A DNA stretch of 64,000 nucleotides, taken from NCBI RefSeq assembly GCF_009914755.1, contig NC_060936.1; one strand, written 5' to 3'. The notes beneath the pieces were generated by a model that saw only the letters and a list, made by a program, of their open reading frames with translations, did not search any database and was not told where the DNA came from. This DNA is from the human T2T-CHM13v2.0 reference genome, Homo sapiens. Made by a program: the position numbers and the translations under genes. Positions 40,831 through 53,575 of this stretch are shown here, in pieces (position 1 is the first letter of the stretch; every line of letters begins with the position of its first letter).

Positions 40831-41978
40831 TAGAAGTTAATTCCTTTCCACTTTCATGTCAGTATTTTTAACCTAGCTGTTAGATGATCTCAGATCTCAG
40901 TCCTAGTGGAGGAATTTGAACTGGACTTTTTCCTCCCTTAACATAGTACAATGTGTATGTAAATCACTAGTAGGAATTCTGTCATTAGAATTTTTAAAGT
41001 GTAAGTTAAAGTTAATATTTTGCTTTATGAATAAGATATTTTTGTTACTTCTGGGTGGATGTCAAGGAAGAAATCAGTACAAGGTAATCCCTTAATATTT
41101 CCTTGAAATGTATGTTTGTAGTATTATGCCTGATTGTAATAGCATGGGCAAAATCAGTTAAAATATAGTGAGCTGCACACAAAACCTTATATGAAATTCT
41201 TTCTTTGGCTTGATAAATGCCAAGACCTAATTCTTTGTGAAGTGGGTGCCATAGCTTTCAGTGACGTTAATATCATTCATGTAAAATCATTGTTCCCCCA
41301 GCATATTTTTATGGGTCTCAGAGGTCACGTGTTCACAGTTTGTGTAAGAACCAGCATTGTGGTGGAGTGGTGACAGAATTGCATTGAAATCGTGGCTCTT
41401 CTGCTCAATAATTGTGTGATCTTGAACAAGTCTGTTAATCTGTGTGAGATACAGCTCTTAGACATATAAAGAGTAGGACTATAGTCATTATGCCTATTGC
41501 ATATCATTGTATTGATGCTTAAGTGAAAGAATATACATGAAAGCAGTTTATGAGCTCTCAAGTGTTCTCCAAATGGGAGATGGTTTCTCATTGCCACATT
41601 TCTGGCTGCTGCTTTCACTTGTCAAACCACATTCCTGAAGCAACACAGTTTGCTGTTAAAGGGAGAATATTTAAGGGGCCCGAGATGCTGTAGGAAAGCC
41701 ATCTTTCTCTTCTTTCTTTTCTAAATGGCAGCAGTAAGAGGTCTGTGAGATGGGAAAATAGGGGATTAATTAGAAGATGATTCTACATTTGCCTGAGAAG
41801 ATGAATGATGTTTAATGCGCTTTGAGAATTAGGCAGTGCTCGGGAGTCCATTTTATTTTTCTACTTGAGTGTTCCAGTGTATTCGTTGAGTAAGACCTAG
41901 ACAGATTATTTTACCTTATCCCAACATGCCTTTCTCTTTACTTTGGGTAAGCCCAAAGTGTAGGTTCTGTCATCACAG

Positions 41979-42156
41979 ACCATCAGCCCTCTGTTCTTAC
42001 AGCAGATGAACTGCCCCGGGACTGCTTCTTGGGTAATAATGGACATCACATGGGCCATCCAGCCACTCTCTGTTGGTTCTTATGTCATCCTTCCTGCTCA
42101 GACAGGGATTTCATACCAGATACTTCTCCTGCCATCATTGTGATCCAGCTGCTGAG
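41979..42156 (+). pseudogene. Fossil exon (CWH43 FPLQ..G / LSP region)
   Basis: cacAG| TISPLFLQQMNCPGTASWVIMDITWAIQ / LLVLMSSFLLRQG / SPAIIVIQLL; donor appears mutated (AG|ATAACG). Confidence 0.6.
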
Positions 42157-42575
42157 ATAACGTTTCTTACATTTTATTTCATTACTCTAGCATATTTATA
42201 AGAAATGGTTAATTTGACTTGAGTTTATCAGTGACTGTACTGTGAGCTCACTTTTAGCTTAAGTATCCACTTTGAGCACAAAAGTGTGGATTTTTTTAAG
42301 TTATTTTTTTCACTTTTAATGAGTATACCATAAGCTCTTATAAATATTATATAGAAATCTGTCTCTTATGGAAAGTAAGCTAGACCCATTCCTCAGTGAC
42401 TAGCGTAAAAATCTATTTCTGCCTCACTAAGAGTTTAACATATGTGTACCTTTTATAATGCCTTGTAACTTGGCTAAATATGCCATTTTGAACTGATATT
42501 TAAAACTGTATAAAGATCCTGTGGTTATTGATAAAAGTACTTGATAGAAAATGCTGTGACATTTAAAATTGTCAG

Positions 42576-42679
42576 GCTGTACTGGATGACTTTTCCTTGA
42601 GGTTGTTGCAGACACTCCACAGTCGACATTTAGTTTAGTTGCTATTTCTGGTGGCACGTGTCTTGCATGGGCCTCATGA
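42576..42679 (+). pseudogene. Fossil exon
   Basis: gtcAG| LYWMT / FLEVVADTPQSTFSLVAISGGTCLAWAS |GTATGT (cf. CWH43 APNAKLRLMVLALGVSSSL); phase 2 matches the previous exon. Confidence 0.55.
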
Positions 42680-44094
42680 GTATGTTGACACTTGCGTATT
42701 GTGCATTTAAGAAGTACCTGGAGAGGACTCCTCCCCTGTCAAAAAGTTTTCTCCATCAGTTTTCCTATAGACATTTGCTACAATTCCAGGTTAATTTCTT
42801 TTGATTTTCTGTTTTTGAACAGGTTATTTTATGAGTGAAGTCACTCAATGAGTATTTCTTGTGTTCCTATTATATAACAAGTCCCGTGTAGGGTCTATAG
42901 TCAATCACTTCCACCTGTGGAAAAATAATTAGCTTGTTTGGATGGGGATAGGGAGAAAGAAAACAATTTGGGGAGGGCACTGGGCTCCTCAGTGTGGTAA
43001 CACAAGGCTGATGGAGAGGAAAAGAGTGTATGAAACTTTGACTGTAGGAGATGCTTAATATGTATTTATTACATAAAATGTATTAAAATAAACTTGTGGT
43101 TCTAGCTTCATTAGGTTGTGATAAGGTGGAAGGGCCAGTGTCCTGAGTGTCAGAAAACATGGGTTTTGCATGGCTAGCCCTGCCACCCAGCCACTTAGCT
43201 GTGACCCTTTGAACAAGCCATTTCACTTTTCTGGGCTGTGACTTCTTTATTAGTAGAGTGATAGAGTGGGACTAGATGATTTCTAAAATTCCAGACTCTT
43301 CTGATTTTTTTCCTGAAGCATGCCACTTGCATTTTAATGAAAATATTGATTGTTAATATTTATTGAGAAGTATAAATGTAGCGGGCTGGTACCGTCTTTA
43401 TTCCCATATTACAAATGATTCCATTTGTAAGTTAACAATCCTTAAATCTGTTCTGGTGTCAGAGCCAGGGTTTGAACTGAGATCCACCAGTTTCAGGTAT
43501 GCACATGTTTATGCAACACAGCCTCCAGAATGAAGGCTGATGAAGACAGGGACGCTCATTCCCCACCCCCCAATCCTCTGTGTAAGCTTTGAAGATCACT
43601 CTGGAAGAGTCTACCTGTCATGAAAGAACGCAGATGACTTTTTAAGAATATTTATGTAGTCTTATATTTCAGGGTACCTGAGAGGCCCTTTAAGGTCCTA
43701 AATTATTTTTTGTTCTATACAGGAATCCTTTCTGTAAAACCCATGACTAAAACTGTCTCTGCTAAAGGATGGGTATTGGCAGGTGTTGGGGTGAGTTGAC
43801 GAAAAAGCAAAACAATAGTTTCTGTGAAAATGCATGTTAAAGAGAATTAGCAGTAAATGAACGTGTGTTTCCTTAAATAACCCAACACCCCAATCCACCT
43901 AGAACCGATGACATTTGCTAGTTTTTACCCATCACCTCAGGAGTCATTCTGGTTTCTTGGAAACGTGTAAAGTATCTGCTTAGGGAAATATTATTTTATG
44001 TTGCTGATGTTGGGAGGGAGCATCTACTTTAGTTGAGGAATAGTCAGCTAATAGTTCTTTTCTTTGCTGTGCTTTTGCTTATGTATTTGTTCAG

Positions 44095-44217
44095 ACCTGC
44101 TGCTTAATGATTTCAGCTGGCCACCTGCCATGTCAAAATCACTTTCCTCTCAAGATCTGTGGAACCAATTTTATCTGAACACAATGGAAAGGAACTCACC
44201 ATTTTGAGCTACATATG
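44095..44217 (+). pseudogene. Fossil exon (loop)
   Basis: long polypyrimidine + CAG|; 123 nt, phase 1-1: LLLNDFSWPPAMSKSLSSQDLWNQFYLNTMERNSPF*ATY. Confidence 0.5.
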
Positions 44218-45344
44218 GTCTTAAAGATACCATCTTAAATAAAGAGAAAGTGAAGAAAACATGGTTTCAATCATTAGTTTCTTTCCCAGAGCCACTTTCT
44301 CCACCTCTAATATATTGTTTATTTTCTGCTAACACTTTAAACACTTATACTCAGTTAATATTTCAACTCTTGTGTGAGGAATTGGTTTTTATGCTTTCTA
44401 GCAGACAGATTGCCTGAGACTGACACTTCTGACCAAGTAAAATAAGCATATTTAAAATGCTCTGTAGCTTATTTTCGCAACTTATTTGTGAACACTAGAA
44501 CTTCCATATGGAAGGGACTGGGGGAGAGGATGCACACAGTTTGAAAAACTATTCAGGAACTGGAGAGGGTAATGAAAATGAAAAAATGTAACTTATGGCC
44601 TCCAATCTATCTTTTCAAAAAGTAATTAAAAACTGAAAAGCAAAAGAATAATTACTTCTTAGTTTAGTACCCCCATTCTAACACCTGATGTAATCATTAG
44701 GGTTTGATGCAGCTCAAGATAAACATTGTATAAAAAGAGTAATATACAAATGGAATATATTGTCATTCACATGCATAAATAGATTAGCTTACTATTTTAG
44801 AGCACTGATTCACTAATTTATATTCAAATTTGTGTTTCTTACCCAATTCATGTTTCTAGCCTCACTTCCATTCCTGAGTCATAGTCAGGATGAATAGTCA
44901 TAGCCTGAAGATTTAAATTTAGATGTTCTACCATTTACTACCTCATAATTAATCTCAAGTTTTATTCACCACCCCTCCAATTAAGAGGTTCTTCTATTAG
45001 TCATTTGATCTTCTATCTCAGTCTTGCTTACACTCCCTTGAAACCACACTTTGATCTTGTCTCAAATCTAAGCTCCACCTTTGTCTTACTAGTTGTGGGT
45101 TCTTGAGGAAGGTGTCTAGCGGAGTGTCTGGCTCATAGTAGGAGATTTTAAAGTATTGTTTCTTTTTTCCTTGTCTCAGAGCCTCATCCTTCCCCACCCA
45201 TCCAGATGATCCTGTTCATTATTCAAAGACTAGATCTGATCACTTCTCTTACATGGACCCCATGGGACTTGCATTCTTCTCTGAGCCAAATAAGGAAACG
45301 TATTTGTCCCTTAATAAATACTCTGATTTATTATTTTCTTTTTC

Positions 45345-45850
45345 ATGTTGTATCATTGGAGTTTTTGGATACAAGCAATAGAAAGGATTTGGCTGACATG
45401 GGTAAAGAGAGGACCTTTTGGGAGGGCTAAGGTAGCTCACTCGATTCACCAGTCTAGAGAACCAAGCTTGGGAATGGATGGGAAGCAAAGAGGTATCACA
45501 TGGGTGAGAGACGAGGAATCTGGTGAACAGTCTCATAACAGGAGCAGTTGTTGAGCAAGCCACCACCACCGAGGTGAATAAGCTCTGACTGCTTCTTCCA
45601 CTGTTGTGGCAATTGCTTAGGGTGCAAATAAGAAGAGACTGTGTGATGGGTTCAGCCCAGCTACACCAGGGCAGTTAGTGGAAGGATCTGCCCTTTCGAC
45701 TGCCCTAGTACGAGGCCAGGCACCTGAACTTATTATCACCAAAGACTTCACACAGCAGGAGACACAGAAGTCCCTGAAAGGAAGTCTGGATGCTGTTAGG
45801 AAGGAGAAACTGAATTGCAGTGACCAGACCACCAAAACGTTCCCTACCAT
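45345..45850 (-). mobile_element. MLT1-type (ERVL-MaLR) solo LTR
   Basis: tgtatcattggagtttttggatacaagcaatagaaag...ggatgctgttaggaaggag...ccctacca. Confidence 0.6.
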
Positions 45851-45959
45851 TTTTACCCTTCAAACTCTGGAAATTTTCATTTCCTGAAGAGCATAGATTG
45901 TAATTATGCTAGGTTTTGGAGTTCCTAAAGTTTGTATATTCATGACATATTTATTAACC

Positions 45960-46450
45960 CTTTAATATACATGTACCAACATTTATCTGAGGTGCCGTGT
46001 ATATAGCAGTGTATACATAAACATTCCTGTCTTCCTGGAGCTTGTATTTTGGTGGCAAGGTGAGGCAGTCAATGAGCAAGATTAGAAAAATGCAGCTTGT
46101 ATTAGTGATGTGTGATGGAGGAAAAGATGACATGGCAGGGCAATAGAAAATGCTATGGTATATGACTTGAAGTTTTAAAAAGTGATTGGAGAAGGTCTCA
46201 CTAACTAAGGAGGGGACATTTGAACAAAAACTGATGGATGTGAGGAAGCTAGCAATGCAGATATATGAGGGAAGAGTGATCCAGGCAAAGGGAATGGCAA
46301 GTGCAAACACAGGTGCATGTGTTCCCCTGGCACGTTAAGGACCAGCCTAGAGGTCATTGCAGCTGGAGTGGAATGAAGGAGAAGGAAAGTAGTGGGAGAT
46401 GAGATCAGAAATGTAGGAGGGAACCAGACTACCATAGATGCGACACATGA
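45960..46450 (-). mobile_element. L2 3' fragment
   Basis: cctgtcttcctggagcttgtatttt...gggaagagtgatccaggcaaagggaatggcaagtgcaaa. Confidence 0.75.
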
Positions 46451-46782
46451 ACAAGATGTGGCCTCTGCTTCCAATGGCCTTGTGGTCTAAGAGGAGGCAC
46501 AGATGTGAAGGGACGTACTTCAGTACATTGCAGCAAGCACCAAAATTAGGCAGAGGGTGCAGGCTAACTGCACCCAGGCAGGAGGATGGTCCTGGTTAGA
46601 TCTCTGCTTGTCTGTGAGCTCTTTGAGGGAGTGATGTATCTTATTCATTTTGCATCCTGGGTGGCTTGTAGAGTGCCTGACAAATACCTTTTGTATATAT
46701 TTTTGAATTCATTTTGAGTGGTTGAATTACAGATACAATGGGCATAATGTGTGAGAAGGAGCAGGATTTTCCTTAATCACAG

Positions 46783-46920
46783 ACAGAGGAGGCTTAGGGA
46801 AAGAGATTAAGGAAAATAGGAAAGCCACAGACGGTTGAAGAGCCAAGAGTTGAATCTCTGCAGTCTTCTCTCTACTCGGTACTTTTTCTGTCCTTGGCAT
46901 CATTGCTTTGATGTTGTAAA
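46783..46920 (+). pseudogene. Fossil exon
   Basis: cacAG| 138 nt, one frame, phase 1-1: RGGLGKEIKENRKATDG*RAKS*ISAVFSLLGTFSVLGIIALML* |GTATTG (cf. CWH43 WGFILGQIVLVVL). Confidence 0.6.
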
Positions 46921-47750
46921 GTATTGACCACATAAACTACTATAAAAGTTTTTTGAGAGGTAAGCATAATGTCTATATTAGTTGCATGATCTGCAACATC
47001 AAGGTAGTTGATTATTTTACTGCAATTTAGGGGTTTGATTTACTGGCTTATTTGTGCTGTTTTTTCCCCATGTGGACGGTTTTGTGCTTGTCTTTATACT
47101 TTTTCTCTACAGGGCACTCAAGGAACACCAAAATGTAAAATAGAACCACACCATTGTATAGCAGCTGTAGACAGATATCAGTGAGGCTGATAATTTGGAT
47201 TTTTCTATTGCAACTGCTACTGCCATCTAGTATTATCTAATACTGAGTGGCTTCTTCCATGATGACTTCTTGAATTGTGAAGTGGAAATTTGGTACCCTT
47301 ATGTAACCAAGCACTTACATTATTTAATTAAGCAAGGTGCTACATGAATCAACAAAGCAACACAAGCTGAATATCAGGAAAACACATTTCAATTAGTGAC
47401 AGCAGGACCAGTGCCTGAAGGCCCTATTCATTGGGTAGAAAATATGACAATGCCAGGGAAAAATGCAAATTCATTTCTTATAATATTCTGTGTGCTGAAC
47501 TGCTAAACTAATATTTATTAGTAATCTTAGAGTCAGTAGTCTTTGCATATACGTTTTACTTCCTTTCCTTTATATTTCATTTATCAATAAGTTTTTGGAG
47601 TCCCCGTGGGTGAAAATGTTGATCTGTTAGGGATTTAGAAAATCTAGTAAAAGTTTGCCTGGGCTCAGAAGCTTATTAATCTATTTGAAAAATATGTGTC
47701 TGCCACTGTACTAGGCATTAAGCATACAAAAATGAATAAAATATGAAGTC

Positions 47751-47957
47751 TTTTTATATATATATTTTTATTATACTGTAAGTTCTAGGGTACATGTGCA
47801 CAACGTGCAGGTTTGTTACATATGTATACATGTGCCATGTTGGTCTGCTGCACCCATTAACTCGTCATTTACATTAGGTATATCTCCTAATGCTATCCCT
47901 CCCCCCTCCCCCCATCCCACAACAGGCCCTGGTATGTGATGTTCCCCTTCCTGTGTC
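47751..47957 (-). mobile_element. Short L1PA (about PA3-PA5) 3' end
   Basis: ttattatactgtaagttctagggtacatgtgcacaacgtgcagg...ctatccctcccccctcccccc; TSD-like aag(c)tcttt. Confidence 0.92.
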
Positions 47958-48599
47958 TTTAAGCTCTTTCTGAACAGGAGAGAAGCCACAAACTATCATA
48001 TAGTGTGATACGGGCTGTGATATAGAATATCTGGGAGTGCTTTGAGAACCTACAGGAAAGAGGAGGTCTTCTAATGAGGTCATAGGCAATGCTTCCAAGG
48101 GAGTTTTTCTTCAAATGGAGGAAAAGGAAAAGGGATTCTAGGTGAAGGGAATAGGATGACCCAAGGTCTAGGAGTTTGAAAATGATGGCACTTGAAGAGA
48201 TGCATACAAGAATGCTGGGCTGAGGGATTTGCATTTGCCCCATAGGTAGTGAGGAGCCAGGAGAGATATGTGATATTCCAGGTTCCTGTGGATGAACCAT
48301 CCAGGTGAAGACATCAGAATACAGTAAGAGTCTTAACTTTGACTGCAGGTCTAGAACTCACAAGGGAAGCTGGCTTGATAACATCCCCAAAGGAGAGAAT
48401 TTACATTGAAAGAGGAAGGCTGATGACAAGACATTAGAGAAAAGCAATATTTTAATAGGTAGGTTGAAGAAATGATATCAGAGAAGCCAGGCTTTGCCTT
48501 GTGTTTGGAACAGGCCTGCCAGTAGATGCCTTTATAGTAAAAGATAAATAACAATAAATGAAATGCTTTTATTGTTAATAAAAATGTTGATGATGATGA

Positions 48600-48850
48600 C
48601 AATGATAGTAGTAGCTAATACCTATTGAGCACCTACTCTGTACTGGGCACAGCTCTAAGAATTTTTCATTTAATCCTACAACAACCATATGAGATAAATA
48701 GTACTGTTATAATATCATTTTCGTTTGGCAGATAAGGAAACCAAGATGCAGAGGCTTTAAAGTCAGTTGTCCAAGGTCACACGGCTAATAAGCAATGGGT
48801 TTAGGACTTCAACAGTCTTGCTTCAGAGTTTACACTCCCTATCTGCTATC
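48600..48850 (-). mobile_element. MIR SINE
   Basis: agctaatacctattgagcacctact...ttaatcctacaacaacc...cagataaggaaacc...tccaaggtcacacggct. Confidence 0.8.
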
Positions 48851-48895
48851 GTATCTTTTAAATAGTCTAACAACTGTTTGGGAGATGTCTTATCA

Positions 48896-49046
<151 letters not shown>

Positions 49047-49056
49047 GTGCTCTCTC

Positions 49057-49155
49057 CCTGGGAGTTCAAGATTTCAGTGAGCTATGATTGGACCACTGCA
49101 CTCCAGTCTGGGTGGCTGAGGGAGACCTTGTCTCTAAAAAAAAAAAAAAAAAAAA
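49057..49155 (+). mobile_element. AluJ/FRAM right-arm 3' fragment
   Basis: cctgggagttcaag...cagtgagctatgattg..ccactgcactccag...gagaccttgtctct plus A20. Confidence 0.88.
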
Positions 49156-49180
49156 GCTCGCTCATACCCAAAGTCAGGGC

Positions 49181-49222
49181 AATAAAGGTTTGAGTGGTCA
49201 AATAAAGGTTTGAGTGGTCAAA
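49181..49222. repeat. 20-bp perfect tandem duplication
   Basis: aataaaggtttgagtggtca x2. Confidence 0.95.
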
Positions 49223-49378
49223 GTCACATAAAGGTAGAGCTTCAACAGATTATTTTTCTTTAGATTTTCAAGTCAGCATGAGGTTGTCTGATACAAACAT
49301 CATAGATGCCATGGTTAAATGGTTCTGTTTCTCAGAAAGCCCCCTTTCTTCTTATAACTGCCCCTTCCTTTTTAACAG

Positions 49379-49816
49379 ACCAGCTTAGCCTGCTCAGCAT
49401 GAGTGAGCCTTGACTATTCAATATTCCACAGGCCCCTATAGGGCCTGTTGGTGGCCATGGTAGGGGGCATAGTGGACTTGCTGATCCTTGTGATTATTGA
49501 GTATGAATTTAAGATGCACATGGCTGAGGCTGGTGGTGGTGAAGGTGCGAAGATACAGCAGCATGAATCCAGGAGGTGGAGGATGCAGTGAGCCGAGATC
49601 GCTTCATTACACTCCAGCCTGGATGACAGAGTGAGACTCCGTCTCAAAAAAAAAAAAAAAAAAAAAAAAAGATTTGCAAGAGTTACCACCTGCTGCTATA
49701 AGACTGTAAAGAGCATGGACTAAAACTGAATGGGGGTATGGGGTGCCACCTTGGCAGGAGTTGACTGAGCCTCAAGGTTTGTTTGGTTTTTGATGATTCT
49801 AAGCTGACAATCATAG
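49379..49816 (+). pseudogene. Fossil exon interrupted by an Alu
   Basis: polypyrimidine + aacAG| VSLDYSIFHRPL*GLLVAMVGGIVDLLILVIIEYEFK ...[Alu]... WGATL / LSLKVCLVFDDSKLT (cf. CWH43 TSLNPIW... and AGAAFGSLVFLTHWVFGEVSL); donor decayed. Confidence 0.6.
49561..49670 (+). mobile_element. Heavily 5'-truncated Alu (right-arm 3' end)
   Basis: gcatgaatccaggaggtggagg.tgcagtgagccgagatcgc...gagactccgtctc plus A25; imperfect TSD aagat..gca. Confidence 0.92.
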
Positions 49817-50541
49817 GGAAAAAGAATAAGAGTGCACATTCAGTTTAAAACCAAAATATACTCACTATCAGCATAGCAGGAATACAGAATAAGAAGTCCA
49901 CAGGGCCTGGAAAAGTCAGAAAAGACTTTGTCAAGGGAAAGAGATTACAGCTGAATAGGTGGAGGAGAAGGTAGCTTGATCAGAAATGTGCTGTTGGGAA
50001 TACATATGGTAAAAACAAAAGATAAAGAGACTGGCCCAAGCATCAGGTCAGATGTGTGGAGAGGAAGGTGGAAAATAAAGTTTCATAAATAAAGTGAGGT
50101 CAGATTTTATGGGGCCTTCAAAGGAGTTCGATGTTTTAGCCATGGGAAAAATGGGGCAGGTGGGAATGCTTGAACTAGGAATTAATGATGAAGGAGGTAT
50201 TTGAAGGTCATTAATCCTAATATGTTGGATTGCAGAGAGACTGCAGGTAGGAAGGGCAGTTAGAAAACTGTAATTATCAAGTGTTTGAGATGGGTTAAAG
50301 CCTGAAGGAAGATGTGGATGGAGGACTGAGAAGCAAGGAGCAAGTCCAATGGGCAGTATAGTTAGATGAAACAGAAGGGAGACTAAAAGCAGGTTCCCTA
50401 TCTTGCCTTGAGGATTAGAAGACTGAGGACATCACCAATGAGGTACTTAGGAAGATAAGCCTATTTTCATTATTAGTTAGAAAACTATTTTTTTTTTCTG
50501 AATTGATTCTCCTAAGAATTTTATACTGTATTGTTTTCAAG

Positions 50542-50779
50542 ATGGACATCATTCTGCCTTTGGGATGTGTCTTATACTTCTGCTGGCCAGGCCGTAATTG
50601 TGATATCATTGCTTTTGATTGTGGATTTGTACCAGAACTTGCAGAATGGGGGCCAGTGGCTCAGAAGAAAATCTCGGAGATAATATGTGATCTCTCTTTG
50701 AGGAGATGCTGTAGTACCTCCCTCTTGATGGCAGAGAGAATGATTTTGTGTGGAGAAGCACAGAAACTGAAAACACCAA
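50542..50779 (+). pseudogene. Fossil exon
   Basis: ttttcaAG| (R)WTSFCLWDVSYTSAGQAVIVISLLLIVDLYQNLQNGGQWLRRKSRR* (cf. CWH43 RWAVSG...GGAVLLCL); 3' end uncertain. Confidence 0.55.
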
Positions 50780-51127
50780 GTCACAATTTATTTAGTAGAT
50801 TCCAACTGCAAATAAAGAAAGTTTAGGGATACCTTAACCAGTTTATTTCTTTGTAATGTAGGTACAAGAATATATATTACAAAAAACAATCTGGGCAAGT
50901 TTAAAAGCACATTTTAATAAAGATAAAAAAATTTTAAGTGATAAAGTATTCTTTCATAGTTTAATTGGCCTTTTTTTCATTCACAGTACATATGGCAATG
51001 GGGTATCTTACAATCAGTGGCATTTTCAAATAAATAAGGTAAAATATCCAGGACCCACTGCTTGTTTGAAATTTGCTTGCTGGAGTTAAGAGAAGTGAAC
51101 ATTTTAAAGATTTTTTTTTTCCTTTAG

Positions 51128-51252
51128 ACAGAACCTTATTTCATTTGTGAAGGCTGACTGGACTTGGATGCTGCCCACTAGTTAATTTAGTGTGGCAAAA
51201 AATAAGAATTCTGTGTCTGGGCTTCACTGTCTGCAAAAATGAATGCATTATT
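51128..51252 (+). pseudogene. Fossil exon
   Basis: tttttcctttAG| RTLFHL*RLTGLGCCPLVNLVWQKIRIL (same G-x10-W spacing as CWH43 SGCVFAIFTASMW). Confidence 0.55.
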
Positions 51253-51541
51253 GTAAAATGTGCACTAATCTAAAAAGTGTATTGCCTTCCTAGAAGTCTG
51301 AGTAATGTCTTACACACATAATCACACTGCCCGTCTTCATATGGACATGAGTCCTATAGTGCTTGAGAAATGGAAATTATTTGACTGCATCAGCTAGTAC
51401 ATCGTACTTCTGGTTATTTTGAATTTTTGTAATCAGATGCTGCTGAGGCTGTGGCCTTTTCCCCACCTCCTCTCTCATACATATATATGAGTGGTGTGTT
51501 CAGTGAAATTTTCTGACATGAAAAAGAAGTCCTTAAACCAA

Positions 51542-51570
51542 AAATAATAATAATAATAATAATAACAATA
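51542..51570. repeat. (AAT)n microsatellite
   Basis: seen directly. Confidence 0.85.
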
Positions 51571-51859
51571 AAGGGACCACTGGCTTAGAAAACATTAGTT
51601 ACCCGTTCTCTTTCCTTCTCAAGGAGGAATGACTTCAGTGCAATTAACAATCCGTGTCTTTCTGTCCCAGTTTGATCTTGCCCAGTTTGAAACAGCTTGC
51701 ACTACTAGATTGGTTCTTGTAAGTGTTGAAAGTTCTTAATTACAAATTAAATCTTGATCCTGTAACTTGGTAGTAATCCTACCATCTATATATAACTTTA
51801 CGATTTTCAGAGGACTTTCTTTATTGAAGGCAGTATGAAGCAGGAAGGGCAGGCATTGT

Positions 51860-51990
51860 GCCACTTTACGGTTGGGGAAACTGAGACACAGAGAGAGTAA
51901 ATGACTTGTTTGGGTCATAGCAGTTAGTAGTAAATGTCAGAGGAGGGATGGAACCTAGATTGGGTGACTCCTTGTTCAGTGCTCTTTTAT
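51860..51990 (-). mobile_element. MIR core
   Basis: ggggaaactgagacacagagagagtaaatgacttgtttgggtcatagcagttagtag. Confidence 0.75.
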
Positions 51991-52146
51991 TTTTACTTCT
52001 CCTGTTCATATTGAATTGTTTCAGAGGTTGGAATTAGGAACAAAATAAACCTATATCCCATTTTCTGAGTCACAGTCCCTCAGACATGTGAAGGCAGCAA
52101 TCATGAGTTGTTGTTTGTTTTCCAGCCAAACATATCTCTTTTCCAG

Positions 52147-52319
52147 ACTGTAGTAACATAGAGACCCCCTCAAAGATCCCTGATGTGACAGAGGTAAAGA
52201 CATTTACTAGAGTCAGAGGTCAGCTTTCTTACCTGTGAATTGGCCAAAGGCATCTATTAGGCTATGGAATGTTAATTATTTCCTGCATTTGTCTTTGGCT
52301 AGCCTTCTCTAAATGCACC
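52147..52319 (+). pseudogene. Fossil exon
   Basis: tctcttttccAG| one frame CSNIETPSKIPDVTEVKTFTRVRGQLSYL*IGQRHLLGYGMLIISCICLWLAFSKCT (cf. CWH43 GKTMTIAMIFYLLEIFFCAWCT); donor C|ATAACT fits CpG decay of GTAACT. Confidence 0.6.
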
Positions 52320-52759
52320 ATAACTCACCTGAAAAACTACCAGATCATGTTGTTTTTGAGTTAGGTCACCAGCCCTCATCAGGATCTTTTAGGCATGCCT
52401 GGAACGTTGGTTGACAAAATCCAATGAAATGACCACCTATTTTTCTCTAGCCAGTGAGTCTTAATAGGAGGTGAGCAATGGGAACACCTTTAAAAAAAAG
52501 ATGCCTGTGCCTCATCATATAGTTACTGAACCAGAAATGAGGGGAGAAGATCTCAAAGATGGATATTATGATGGTAAATACACTTGGGAAATTCTAATGT
52601 ATCCCTGAGATACCACTGTCATACTACTAAAGCCTAAAATGACATTTAAAAAAATGCTACCACCTATTTTTATTGGCTCATACAAATCTTGTCATCATTT
52701 GATATTGTCATGACATCCGCCAAAATTATAACTGACCCAGGTCTCCCTACTCATGTACA

Positions 52760-53110
52760 TATTCATTCATTCAACAAGTATTCATTGAGTACCTGGTACG
52801 GTGGATAAGGTAGTGAATAAGACAAAGTCTATATCCCACAGAGCTCGTATTCTAATGGGTAAGAAGGCAACAAATAAATAAGCAGAAACATCTCTTAGGT
52901 AGTGGTAAATGCTACAAAGAAAGATGAAGCTGGGTGAGGAGATATAGAATAATGAATAGGGGGTTGCAAGCTACCAAAACAGAATGGTCAGGAAGGCTGA
53001 GGTGGTGACATTTGACAGTCCTAAATAAAGTGAGGGAGCATAGGAAGATCCAGGGTGAACGGTAGTCCAGGCAGAGGGAACAGCAAGTGTCAAAGTCCTG
53101 AGGACAAATT
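52760..53110 (-). mobile_element. L2 3' end
   Basis: attcattcattcaacaagtattcattgagtacc...ccaggcagagggaacagcaagtg. Confidence 0.8.
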
Positions 53111-53287
53111 TGGACTGCTAGCCTTCATATTAGTTTAAAATCATTGTTTGATTTTATAAGACATACTAGCCTTTCAGAAATATAGGATATAATTGATCAG
53201 GGCCTGAAGGATGAACTCATTTTCTTCTGTTAGCTCCAGGTACTTCTTAACAATACTTAATCTACTTTTGCTGTTTGCTCTTTGTAG

Positions 53288-53472
53288 ACGACAATGCAGA
53301 AGTTGGATGCATCTTCTATGACATTTTTGGACTTGTGTTTTAAGAGAGGTACATTGCCTCTTTGGGGATCTGGAATCTTCCTGATAGCGAGTCAGCAAGA
53401 TTGGTGGGCCCAACACTGGCACATGTCTCAGCCAAATTCTCTGTGTAGCTTCTGACAAATGCCAAACTACTG
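53288..53472 (+). pseudogene. Fossil exon (CWH43 GGVYARER motif)
   Basis: strong acceptor ttgctctttgtAG| VGCIFYDIFGLVF*ERYIASLG (cf. GGVYARERSDVLLG); donor CTG|GTAAAT. Confidence 0.65.
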
Positions 53473-53483
53473 GTAAATATCCA

Positions 53484-53502
53484 CCCCCCCCCCCCCCCCC
53501 CC
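53484..53502. repeat. C19 homopolymer
   Basis: seen directly. Confidence 0.95.
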
Positions 53503-53575
53503 ACTGAAAGCCAAGGACAATAATATTCTTTATTCATTTTCTGGCTCTGAGTATCTTTTCTTTTTGTTTTTGCAG

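Noticed and set aside
47220-47233. CTCF-like motif ctgccatctagtat (also ccactaggggat near 39495)
   Set aside because: Mismatches at key core positions; cannot be supported without ChIP data.
49379-49525. Resemblance to the ionotropic glutamate receptor M4 helix (GLLVAMVGGIVDLLILVIIEYEFKMH vs GluN1 [26 protein letters not shown])
   Set aside because: Generic TM-helix similarity; no other iGluR exons on this strand, and the flanking exons fit the CWH43 order.
50503-50826. 107-aa + strand ORF as an intact CDS
   Set aside because: Non-ATG start in intron-like sequence; the family-like peptide is in a different frame.
53340-53537. Minus-strand ORF containing SYTENLA (like iGluR SYTANLAA)
   Set aside because: Opposite strand to the M4-like segment, runs through a homopolymer, and is antisense to a + strand exon with good splice sites.
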